A stretch of DNA of 57,847 nucleotides, the filler included, from Stramenopiles sp. TOSAG23-6 (lineage: Eukaryota), in assembly GCA_900128565.1 (NCBI GenBank). It is 3 parts of 3 records of this genome, joined end to end, with 100 filler letters (N's around TTAATTAATTAA, not from the genome) between each part and the next. Parts side by side here need not be neighbours in the genome. Positions count along the whole stretch, not along the records: positions 38,685 to 57,847 come from LT636054.1; 2 more parts are not named here. One strand, given 5' to 3'. The notes beneath the pieces were generated by a model. That model had not been told where the DNA came from, did no database searches, and saw only the letters and a list, made by a program, of their open reading frames with translations. The stretch's first letter is position 1, and every line of letters starts with the position of its first letter. The translations under genes and the position numbers were made by a program. Shown one piece after another: positions 42,048 through 52,279 of the stretch.

Positions 42048-44843
42048 ATGTTTGTACGTCGTATATTTTGCTCGAATAGAACTTTTTCTAACCGCGTTGG
42101 TCGTGGACGACAACCGTTTGGACGAGGTAATTATGGTAGAGTTGGGAAAAAGTCGTTGAATAAACGTGAAAATTATCAAAGAGATTCAAGTAAACGTAAC
42201 CTAGTACGCTCCCTGGACTTTGCTGAACAGTGGAAGATAAAACTAAAAGAAAAAGAGACTAAAGCACACAAAAAGATTTTGAGTCAAGTATCAGCTGCAG
42301 CAAAGCCAACAACAAAACGAGGGAATCGACTAGAAAAATCCAATTCTTCCATAGATTCGATGACAGCGCATAGAAAACTACGGGCTGGGGGTAAACGTGA
42401 TGTGAGAGATATCAAGAACGAATCAACAGCCAACACAGTTAATCCGTCTAGCATAGAAAAGGAAAAGATAAATCGGAGACTCGAGGAAGCACGAGCAACA
42501 GTTCGAATTCCCCGTCGCCCTCCACCAAAGCGGACGTTGCGTTTCAACGACAAATTTGCTGGTGCTGATGGTAGACAAGCTGCATTTAGCCAACGTCATG
42601 AAAAGCATAAAGCTTTTGGCAATGCCAGACGAGCAAAAGAAGTTGTCAAGAAAAAGAAAAAAGACCGAGATTATCAACGAGCACAAGTTCAAACTTTTGA
42701 CGATTGGCTCTCTGTGAGTAAGTCTGGTAAGAAGGGTCGCAAAGTTCAATATTTTGATGGTATCCCTTTAAGAGACTTGGCAGCAGCAATGCGAGTGCAA
42801 ATCCGTCATTTACAAAATGCTTTCTTTGAACTGGGTGAAATAAAGTTAAGTAAAGCTAAAAGTACCCATGATAATATACCTGCAGATATTGCTGAACTTG
42901 TCATTGCAGAATTTGGTATGACTCCAATTGTTTCTTCTGCACCTCAAGATGTATTTAATGAAGATTTTTTAGATTTGACTCCTACTCCTCGTGGAGGTTG
43001 TTCAACGCTTTCAGAAGAAGAACGTTCTGAGCTCCCAGACCGTCCTCCTGTTGTTGCTGTAATGGGACATGTTAACCATGGAAAAACAAGTTTATTGGAT
43101 TCTCTTAGGAAGCGCCATCATATTCACAATTCTGTTGTAAAAGATGAAAATGAAAGTTTTGATATTGCAGCAGACATTTGTACTGTTGAAGCGGGTAATA
43201 TCACACAAGCAATGTCAGCGTTTGCTGTAGAATTAGGTGGTCGAAAACGTGGAGCATTCATTGATACTCCTGGACATGCTGCATTTTCAAAAATGAGGGA
43301 GCGTGGTGTTATGATTACTGACATTGCTCTAGTTGTAGTGGATGCTGTACAGGGGCTACAAAGACAGACAAATGAAACAATTCAACTTTTAGCACAACAA
43401 ATTCCTCCAACTCCTGTTGTCCTTGCTCTAAATAAGTGTGACTTACTAGAGCCACATGAATTAGAAGAAGCTCGTAAAAAGGTTTCTTCTCAAATAATGA
43501 ATCTAGGATTTATGACTGAAGAAGATGGAGGGGATGTTCAGATGGTAGAGGTTTCTGCCAAAGAGAATACTGGTCTCGAGTCTTTAGAGGAAGCCATTTT
43601 ATTATCCGCTGAAATCATGGAACTTCGGGCAGCTCGTGAAGGTCGTGGAGAAGCTGTTGTACTTGAAGCAAAAGTCACTCCTGGTATTGGTCCTTCAATT
43701 ACTGCTATGGTGACCTGCGGTACAATTAATGAGGGTGACTATTTTGTCTGTGGCACAAAGTGGGGTCGTGTGCGTCAACTCAATTGTTGTAAAGGTATGT
43801 CTTTAGAACAAGCGTATGCTTCTACACCAATTCAAATTGTGGGTATAAATGACACTGTAGCTGCTGGTGATGAGTTGATTTGTGCAGATGATGAAGAGCA
43901 TGCAAAGTCAATAGCAAATGCTCGTCTGCAACGCGATATGACAGAATCGGATGAAATTGAAAGAAAAAAAATAGAAGATTTGCGAAGAGATCATCATTTG
44001 GCCAAGGTAGAATTAGATCAATTAATACTTTCCAAGTCGAAAGAATTGGGAAGGAAACTTAGACCAAGTGAACGCACAGAATTGACTGATAAGTTCAAAC
44101 TAGATACTGATGCAAGATTAGATGCAGCAAGTAGTATTGGCAATGATAAAGATTCGAATATTTCCCCTCTAGATCCGAATATTTCTAGTGTTTCTCTTAT
44201 TCTGAAAGCGGACACAGATGGAGCATTAGAAACTTTAAAGGCTGAAATAATGTCAATACCTCAACACAAACTTAATGTTCGTATAGTACAATCAGGTGTT
44301 GGCACAGTTACAAAAAATGATTTATTTAAAGCAGATACATATGGAGCCGCAATTTTTGGTTTTAATACAAAGACACCCAAAGTTATACGTGATACAGCTG
44401 ATGAGGAACAAATCAATATATATGAAGATCCAATTATTTACTCTGTTGTTGATCAAGTTAAGGAGTTTATGATTGACTCACTGCCTCCAATTATAGAGGA
44501 AAAAATGCTTGGACAGGCTAGAATTTTACAGACTTTTGATATTACTAAGCGTGGTAGAAGAACATTTGAGGTTGCAGGTGTTAAAGTTGTTTCTGGTGAA
44601 ATTAAACGCAGCAATAAAATGCGTTTATTGCGCGGAAAAAATGTAATTTTTGAAGCACCATATTTATCTAGTCTACAGCATTTTAAAGAAAAAGTTAATG
44701 TGATAAAACAAGGATCAGAATGCGCATTATCGCTACATGGTTGGGAAGAGAGAACAGTTGATGAGAAAGAGCCTATTGAATTTAAGGAGGGAGATATACT
44801 CCAAAGTTTTGAAAATGTTGCAACAAAGCAAACATTAGTGTAG
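42048..44843 (+). CDS. MTIF2: Mitochondrial translation initiation factor IF-2; intronless (start may be 42024, 42027 or 42048)
   Basis: RPPVVAVMGHVNHGKTSLLD, EAGNITQ, FIDTPGHAAFSKMRERG, LNKCD, VSAK, LKADTDG, SLQHFKEKV..GSEC. Confidence 0.93.
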   Translation: MFVRRIFCSNRTFSNRVGRGRQPFGRGNYGRVGKKSLNKRENYQRDSSKRNLVRSLDFAEQWKIKLKEKETKAHKKILSQVSAAAKPTTKRGNRLEKSNSSIDSMTAHRKLRAGGKRDVRDIKNESTANTVNPSSIEKEKINRRLEEARATVRIPRRPPPKRTLRFNDKFAGADGRQAAFSQRHEKHKAFGNARRAKEVVKKKKKDRDYQRAQVQTFDDWLSVSKSGKKGRKVQYFDGIPLRDLAAAMRVQIRHLQNAFFELGEIKLSKAKSTHDNIPADIAELVIAEFGMTPIVSSAPQDVFNEDFLDLTPTPRGGCSTLSEEERSELPDRPPVVAVMGHVNHGKTSLLDSLRKRHHIHNSVVKDENESFDIAADICTVEAGNITQAMSAFAVELGGRKRGAFIDTPGHAAFSKMRERGVMITDIALVVVDAVQGLQRQTNETIQLLAQQIPPTPVVLALNKCDLLEPHELEEARKKVSSQIMNLGFMTEEDGGDVQMVEVSAKENTGLESLEEAILLSAEIMELRAAREGRGEAVVLEAKVTPGIGPSITAMVTCGTINEGDYFVCGTKWGRVRQLNCCKGMSLEQAYASTPIQIVGINDTVAAGDELICADDEEHAKSIANARLQRDMTESDEIERKKIEDLRRDHHLAKVELDQLILSKSKELGRKLRPSERTELTDKFKLDTDARLDAASSIGNDKDSNISPLDPNISSVSLILKADTDGALETLKAEIMSIPQHKLNVRIVQSGVGTVTKNDLFKADTYGAAIFGFNTKTPKVIRDTADEEQINIYEDPIIYSVVDQVKEFMIDSLPPIIEEKMLGQARILQTFDITKRGRRTFEVAGVKVVSGEIKRSNKMRLLRGKNVIFEAPYLSSLQHFKEKVNVIKQGSECALSLHGWEERTVDEKEPIEFKEGDILQSFENVATKQTLV

Positions 44844-44886
44844 TGTTTATTATATGCTTTTACATTTTAATATAAAGGAATTATTA

Positions 44887-46825
44887 CTATATTGGTTCAC
44901 ATAATGTACAGTCGCATTCAAAGTGATACGGTCGTAAACATTCTCTACGTTCTTCAGTACTACATTGAGTTCCATCGATATAAGACACGCAAAGTTCATC
45001 ACCACATTTTATATCTTTTATTGCATGAAGAGAAACCTTCGCGAACGATTTCTCTAAGTCAAGTCTATCTTCTGCCTCATCAAGTCCAGCAGCAACATTG
45101 GGTTGACAACTATGATTTAGGGTAGCATACCTTGAACAAAGTCCAGAAGCAGTTGCTGATGGAAAGCATGGAATACCTTTATTTACTTTCATGAGATTTT
45201 TCTCAAAGTCTTCTAAAGCTACTTTCATATTTTTAGCTGTGCAGTCCATCTTTGCTCTATTTAGAAAAGCCCATAGCGGAGAAGGTACATCAACTTGAAC
45301 TACATTGGTTTGAACACAACCAATAATATAGTCCAAGAAGTGAGGTGTCAATAAAGACGCAGCTGCGACTGCAGCATCGTCATCAAAAGAGTGCATAAAT
45401 AAAATCTGCATTGCTTGTAGAGGTTCTCTAAAGACTTCGTCCCACGTTGAGTTTACTTTAAATTTATCTTTTCGCTCATTTTCAGACATACCAAAGAGAA
45501 TCATACAAGTATCCACAGCTGATACAGTTGAGAACTGACCTATTATTTCATCCACTGCATTTTCCATTGGAACTTTGCCTGTTGTATGCCTCCCTATTAT
45601 ACGACATATTAACCGAAGAATAAGACCAAGATGAAGAACGTCGTACTGACCAAGCCCGCGAAAATTACGTAAAGCTGTAATAGCAGCAGGATCTTTGTGT
45701 GTACAAAGAATGCGATGATATTCGTCCGATGCATTCTTTCGACATTTTTCTGAACAATATACAGTTTCACAATTCTTACAAGATACTGGCTTTGGAAGAA
45801 AATCTGTACCACACCCTTGCAATACTGTTTCACGTATAATCGTTTTGTATTTAGGGGATTTTAATTGTATATTACTAACTTTCGCTGCATGACGAACAAC
45901 TTGCCAAATAGGCCCTATGTATTGTGAAAAAATATTTCAAAAAAAAATTGTTAGGTACGAAATTTCGTATGAAAAAAAAAAGTTAAATTAAAAATTCATA
46001 TAAAACGTACATAAAACGAAGACAATGATCGCATGTCATTGACTCAGGAATTATTTCTATTGATGCACATCCATCATCACCTAAGAGTTTTCGGTGAAAT
46101 GCAATAGGCTTTTCGTAACTTCCAACTGCGGCAGTACGAGCCAAATTTTCTGTAGCAATTACACCTACTCCGTGTCCTTTAATTATTTGAGGTTTATATG
46201 GGACAGAAATATTTAAAGAATTAAATATATCTGCAATTTTCAAGACACGATTATTCATACTATTTTGTGTTTGTACAACAGATAATGCGTCAGATTTATT
46301 TAGCACTGAAGATGCTACAGATACATTTGACGTAACCCTTTTCAAGATTTTCTGGAAAACTTCAGTAGGATCTTCACTACATGATTTATTTGGAGAAATA
46401 GAACATTGTTTATCTGTCAAAGTCTTTGACTTTTTTTTCTTCTTCTTCTTTTTACGTTTTCTTGTTTTCTTCACATCTACATTATTTTCCAAACTCTTTT
46501 GTCCGAGTAATTCTGAAGGAACTTCAGAAGACGTGACATCCACTGATGGCAATAAGCACTCTTTCATTTGAGGTTTAGAATTTACAGAGGGTAAACCACT
46601 TTCTATGACTTTACTGCACTCAGATGGTTGTGTATTTGAAGAAGAAGGATTTACTTTTGGATCAATATCAGACTCTTCTTGTGATTTTCGAAGTAATCCC
46701 TCAATGCGGTGGAGTTTCAGTGTGCGTTTTATATCATCAGTCAACCGACTAATTAAACTAGAAAGCTCATACTCATCCAAAGAAACTTCGGCATCCTTAA
46801 GCAACTGATAAATACAAGTACTCAT
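44887..46825 (-). CDS. SMYD-like SET/MYND lysine methyltransferase. Exons 46825-46011, 45916-44887
   Basis: GHGVGVIATENL, CDHCLRF-IG, CKNCETVYCSEKC, LNHSCQPN, IKCGDELCVSYI, YHFECDCTLC. Confidence 0.9.
45917..46010 (-). other. Family intron, GT-AT
   Basis: Removal gives CDHCLRF-I-GP; the adjacent AG is out of frame. Confidence 0.9.
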
Positions 46826-47130
46826 CCTATACTAATAAAATATACCACTAATCTGTTCTTATAAATGATAATACCAATATTGGGTACATCTGGTACCAGT
46901 ATGAATGCTTAATTACTACTCTAGCTTTCGTGGTAGTGTTTTACTGGGTAGTAGGTTGATCAGTTTCTTTTCACTGACTATACCTACCTACCGCCTACTG
47001 GCTAGGCTAGGGTTAGGGTTTCAGGAGCGAAAATTGCAATTGAAATCAATGTGTTCTAAAAAAGTCATAATTCAACTGCAAAAGAAGGAAGGGTTATTAT
47101 AATGATATTTAGTTAAATAACTCATCCAAA

Positions 47131-50100
47131 ATGAGCCAAAGTTGTCTCATCATTGGTGGTGGTGTAGCGGGTGCTTGTCTCAGTCGAACACTGGCTGCAC
47201 GTGGTGTCGCGGTAACACTCATTGAAAAATCAGAGCTACTTTGCTCCGGTGCAACTTGGCATGCTGCTGGTTTGGTCACTCGGTTTGGCGGTAGTCCCAA
47301 GCTGAAAAAGATTCATGTCCGATCACTTCAAATTCTAAACGAATTGCACGACGAAAGTGAGAATGGCATTAGTCTTCATACACCTGGTTCTATACGAATA
47401 ATTGAAAAGGGTAACCCCGATCGCCTCAAAGAGGCCCATCAACATGTTGCAATGGCTGCTTTGTATGACGATCCGGAATTTCCATGTGAAATCATTTCTG
47501 CGGATGAGTGTGGAGAAAGACATCCTCTATTAGACTGTAGCAATGTAGAATGTGGTGTTTGGACTCCAAATGATGGTGATATTGATCCCACGTCACTAGT
47601 TAATGCTGTGTCCGGGAAAGCAAAAGCAGATGGTGCAAAATATATACTTAATACAGAAGTTGTGTCTATTGAACACCGTCAAGGAGGTGGATTTTGTGTC
47701 AAATCTGCATGTGGACAAGTATTTGAAGGTGATATGCTTGTCAACGCAGCTGGTCTTTGGTCTAAACAGATAACAGAAATGGTTGGTGATGGTATGGTAC
47801 ACCCAGGTTTCATTATTGAGCACCAATATGTAAGTTTCCATGTGCTTTTTTTTTTCGTGGTTTTTGTGATAAATTTTATTTTTCTTTTACAAAGAAAATT
47901 CCATACCTCACAATAATTGTTTTTGTGTGATGTATTTTTTACCCAATATGCAATCACAGAAGAAATTCCAGAAATTGCAGCACTACTCGCTAAAGGTAAA
48001 AGAGTGTACGTTTCTAATTTAATTTTTTTTTTGTACAAAATTTTGTACAAAATTTTGTACCTAACAATTGTTTTTACTAAAAAAATACTTTTTCACAATA
48101 CGTCCCTGTTTTACGCGATCTCAAAGGTTCAAGTTATATTCGACAAGAAAGATCAGGTATATTAGTCGGGCCTTATGAGGAACGGACTGTATTACGGAAT
48201 AAACCTGATGATCGAGGTACCTGGAAGAATGGACCTCCTAGCGATTGGGGGCATGAGCTATTTCCTGATGCACTTGATCGTATTGAGGGTAACTTACTTT
48301 CTGCGATGGAACTTTGTCCAAGTCTTGCTGAAGTTGGATTTATCAATTGTACAAATGGACCTACAATTTGGACTGGAGATTCACTTGCTCGTGTAGGTCG
48401 AACACATAGTACGTTTTCATTATAAATTTCATTTTTTGTGTATAGAAAATTTTGTACCTAACGACTTTTTTTTGAATATTTTTCACAAGACATTTCCAGG
48501 ATATTTCGATTTCAATACACTTACATATGGTATCGCTCAATCTCCAGCACTTTCTGAGTATTTAACTTCAATTATGCTTGATGGCGAACAACCGTTTGAT
48601 GCTGCAGCAAATTTCGATCCAGTGCGGTATGGCTCTTGGGCAACAGCAGGAACAGTTATTGGTGATGCATATACAGAAGACGTTGTACTTGACACATATG
48701 GAAAAAATAATTGTATTGCTTATCCCTTTGAGAATCGAAAAGCTGGACGTTCTCATCTTGTAGAAATACAAAGCCCACTATACCCCAAACTTCTAGAACA
48801 GGGTGCTCGTTGTACATTTAGCTTATCTGGTGTTGAAGTACCTGCATGGTTTGAAGGTATTTCATCTGCTTCTTCTATTAGTGAAATTCCTATAAAACCA
48901 GTTGAAAATGAATTAACGTTTGATCATCATGAGTGGGCACCACACGCAGCTGCTGAGTCTCAACATGTCCTACATTCAGTGGGTATCCAATATGCATCGT
49001 TTTCTAAAATAAAAGTATCTGGGCCTCATGCTCGTGATTTTCTAATGCGTGCTACAACAAATATTATACCCAAAAAAATGGGACCATGTAGGCTGACATA
49101 TGCTTTGACACCTAAAGGAAAAGTTTTAGCAGAGTTTTCAGTCACAAAGACTGATGTATGTTTTCATCATTGATGTAAGATTTTTTGTTTTTTTTCATAA
49201 GAAATGTTGTACCTAACAAATTTTAAACTTTAAAAATATTTTTTCAGAGTATATGAAGATGAGTATTATTTGGTTGGTTCTCGAGATTACGCAGAGCATG
49301 ATACATTGTGTACATTTTCATCATGAATTTCAAAATTATTATTCAAATTTATTATTTTTTTACCTATGTGGATTTCAATTTTTGTAACATACCTAACAAA
49401 ACAATCAAATTTTTGAAATATTTTTTTACAATTTACGGTTTCGTTCAATTCTTCATCATGGTTCAAATCACTCTGATTCAAAAGAAGATAATTGGAAATT
49501 GTCTTTAGGCCTTTCTAATTGTTTAGATGTAAAAGTAGAAAATATTTCAGATGATGTAGATATGTATGTTTTATTTTTTTCAATTTCGAATTGTTTTTTC
49601 CGTACGAAATTTCGTACCTAACAAATTCTACAAAAAAAAATATTTTTTCACAATATATTTTACATTTGGCTGGCCCAAAAAGTCGAGAATTACTTGGAGC
49701 TATATCCCCTGCAGTGCTTGATATTCCATTTATGAATATGAAGTCACTTGAAATTGCAGGTCAGTTAGTAAACGTATTTCGTGTTTCTTTTTCTGGTCTA
49801 GTTGGGTTTGAAATTCATTGTCCTCGTAATTCTAGTAGTGTGACTGCCGTGTATGATGCATTACAAGAACATCCGTTGGCAACAAAAGAAAAATTAAATC
49901 TTCGACCTTTTGGAGGATATGCTTTAAATGCACTTCGTGTTGAAGTAGGATTTCGTGTAAAAGCTGATTTGGATTATATGCACTACAAAGAAGCTGGTAT
50001 TGAACCATTTACTTCAATGAAAAAATCTATGGGATTTATTGGTAAAAATACAAAATCATTGGAAGATATCACAAAAAAACCTGCAATGTTTCAGGTCAAT

Positions 50101-50551
50101 ACTGAGAGTGGTTATGAATGGAGTATTCCTAGCGATTGTCCAATGTATGTTTCATTCTTCATTTTTACCCATTTTTTTTTTTCATAGAAAATTTCATACC
50201 TAACATTTTTTTTATCCCAAAAAAAAAACAATTTTTCACAATACATTCGGGATCCATCAAATAATGATGTAGTAGGCTACACAACAGGATCTGCCTTTGG
50301 TGCTCGAACAAATAAAACGATTGCCATGGGTTACCTACATGTACATTTTCATCATTTACTTTTACCTATTTTTTTACTATGAAAATTTTATACCTAACAA
50401 AAAAAATTAAATGTTTTGAAATATTTTTGTAAAAGTACATTCTGATGTATCAAAGAACAAATTATATGTAGAATCGTATGGTAAGAAATGGAATGTTACG
50501 GTGCTCTCTGAACCACCTTCAACCGTTACTGGACGAGATGGTGATTTTTAA
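47131..50551 (+). CDS. DMGDH: Dimethylglycine dehydrogenase-like FAD oxidoreductase with a GcvT domain; 9 exons
   Basis: IIGGGVAG, SGATWHAAG, DGDIDP, EHQY-AITE, PVLRDL..SSYIRQE, HLAGPKSRELL, RVSFSGLVGFEIH, ALNALRVE, VGYTTGSAFG. Confidence 0.9.
47830..47949 (+). other. Family intron, GT-AT (GTAAGT donor)
   Basis: Removal gives EHQY|AITE; CCAATAT precedes both junctions. Confidence 0.85.
48006..48103 (+). other. Family intron, GT-GT (or 48004-48101 GT-AC)
   Basis: Either register gives KR-V-PVLRD. Confidence 0.8.
48409..48493 (+). other. Family intron, GT-AT
   Basis: Removal gives GRTH-I-PGYF. Confidence 0.85.
49156..49254 (+). other. Family intron, GT-AT
   Basis: Removal gives TKTD|EDEYYLVGS; two upstream AGs are out of frame. 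Confidence 0.9.
49310..49436 (+). other. Family intron, GT-AC
   Basis: Removal gives HDTL-W-FRS (conserved HDxxW). Confidence 0.8.
49564..49658 (+). other. Family intron, GT-AT
   Basis: Removal gives DVD-I-LHLAGPKSR. Confidence 0.9.
50145..50246 (+). other. Family intron, GT-AT
   Basis: Removal gives DCP-I-RDP..VVGYTT. Confidence 0.85.
50341..50440 (+). other. Family intron, GT-AT
   Basis: Removal gives AMGYLH|SDVSK. Confidence 0.85.
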
Positions 50552-50873
50552 TTATAATCCTTTAAGAATTTGAGATTTGTTACGAAATATTGAAAAAATA
50601 TTTTATGTTTCAATAAAAACCAAATAATTCGTTTATTCATATTTTTGCTTATTCTGTGTTTTCTTCTTTTCCATTTCATAAGGCCATTTAATATACATGA
50701 ATAAATTTAGAAGTGGTAGTGGTAGTGGTAGTGCATCAGTTCAAATATTGGCGGTATTGGTGGACACAAAGTCAACAGTCAAATTGCAAATTGAATTGAA
50801 TTTTAAATTCGAAATTAGAAATCAAAATTATGACCTAAACAAAAAAAAAGTAGTTTTTTGTTGTAAAGAAAGT

Positions 50874-52079
50874 CTAAACCAAAAAGACATCATCATCAAC
50901 AAGAGCATCTTTCACTAACACTTGATTCAGATATCTTTTCGGAAATCTATTTCTAATCTGTGCTCGGATTAATTTCCCTGTATATTTCCTTCTATTTGGA
51001 ATAATTTTTTTTGACATTATATCTGCAATACCCTTAGGTGTTAGACGTGGTTTCATTTCAAATAGTTCTGTGAGTTTTGCTATTTCAGCGTCACTCCAGA
51101 AATCTTTACGAGGACGAGGAAATTTAGGGGCATCAGGAAATCTAGCATAAATCTGGTTACATATCGCACTTACTGTATATTTCCTTCGATTTGGAACAAG
51201 TTCTTTTGACATTATATCTGCTATATCTTGAAATGATAATTTTGGCCTCATATTATTCAATTTCTTGAGCTCTTCTATTTCAGTGTCACTCCAAAAATCT
51301 TTACGAAGAAACCTAGGGGCATCAGGAAATCTATTATGAATCTGTGAACAAATAATTCGTGCTGTATATTTCCTTCGATTTGGAACAAGCTCTTTTGACA
51401 TTATATCTGCTATATCCTGCAATGATAGCTTTGGCCTCATATTATTCAATTTCTTGAGCTTTGCTATTTCAGCGTCACTCCAAGAATCTTTAGGAGGAAA
51501 TTTAGGGGCATCAGGAAATCTATTATAAATCTGTGAACAAATCACATTTACTGTATATTTCCTTCGATTTGGAACAAGTTCTTTTGACATTATATCTGCT
51601 ATATCCTGGTATGATATTTTTGGCCTCAGATTATTCAATTTCTCCAGCTTTGCTATTTCAGTATCACTCCAAATAACACACCTCTTCCTCTTAGCCATAG
51701 TGTTACAAGAAGAAGGTAGGCAGTTGATTTGTAACATTCTTTGCAAACGTCTTTTTTTTTTTTCTCGATTCAAGTTTTCACGTTCAATTCCTTGTTCTAT
51801 AGATTTTTGTTGAGAAGAAAATTGATTTGCCTCATGTGGATTATTCGATGAAAGCATATTGCTACAAGGAGCAAGAGCCAAACATGGATCTGGATTTGGT
51901 GTTTCACCATTATTTTGCTCAGAAGAACCACTACGCCATTGTAGTGTGAGCTTCCGCCTTCGAATCACTGGAATTTTCATTTCTGCTAGGAGTTCAATGA
52001 ATTCTGTCTGTGGCATTTGAAGAATTTCCTCAATTTTGCACGAATACTCTTTAGCAATATCATCAAGCGTATACTCCAT
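50874..52079 (-). CDS. Protein with a SAM-like N-terminus and four tandem ~63-aa Myb/SANT- or GcrA-like helix-turn-helix repeats
   Basis: Four units of WSDxEIxxLxxL...IADIMSKExxPNRRKYT...I.NRFP; 189-nt DNA period. Confidence 0.7.
   Translation of the reverse strand: MEYTLDDIAKEYSCKIEEILQMPQTEFIELLAEMKIPVIRRRKLTLQWRSGSSEQNNGETPNPDPCLALAPCSNMLSSNNPHEANQFSSQQKSIEQGIERENLNREKKKRRLQRMLQINCLPSSCNTMAKRKRCVIWSDTEIAKLEKLNNLRPKISYQDIADIMSKELVPNRRKYTVNVICSQIYNRFPDAPKFPPKDSWSDAEIAKLKKLNNMRPKLSLQDIADIMSKELVPNRRKYTARIICSQIHNRFPDAPRFLRKDFWSDTEIEELKKLNNMRPKLSFQDIADIMSKELVPNRRKYTVSAICNQIYARFPDAPKFPRPRKDFWSDAEIAKLTELFEMKPRLTPKGIADIMSKKIIPNRRKYTGKLIRAQIRNRFPKRYLNQVLVKDALVDDDVFLV
50930..51675 (-). repeat. ~189-bp coding tandem repeat, 4 copies
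   Basis: CTGTATATTTCCTTC..TTTGGAA and TTTGACATTATATCTGC each recur four times. Confidence 0.9.
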
Positions 52080-52279
52080 CTTCTAAAGATTAAAGTGCAA
52101 ACCAGTATCTACTACGGTACATATAGTAGCTGATTGGACTATTATTCCAATTTTTGATTTTTGAAATGTCAACTTTTGTGAGTCTTTGAGTCTTTGACCA
52201 GTCACTCACTTGATGGCCGCGGCCAAATCCATAACCTGGTACGGAGTATTACAGGTACTAAAAAGAACATTATTTCAAG

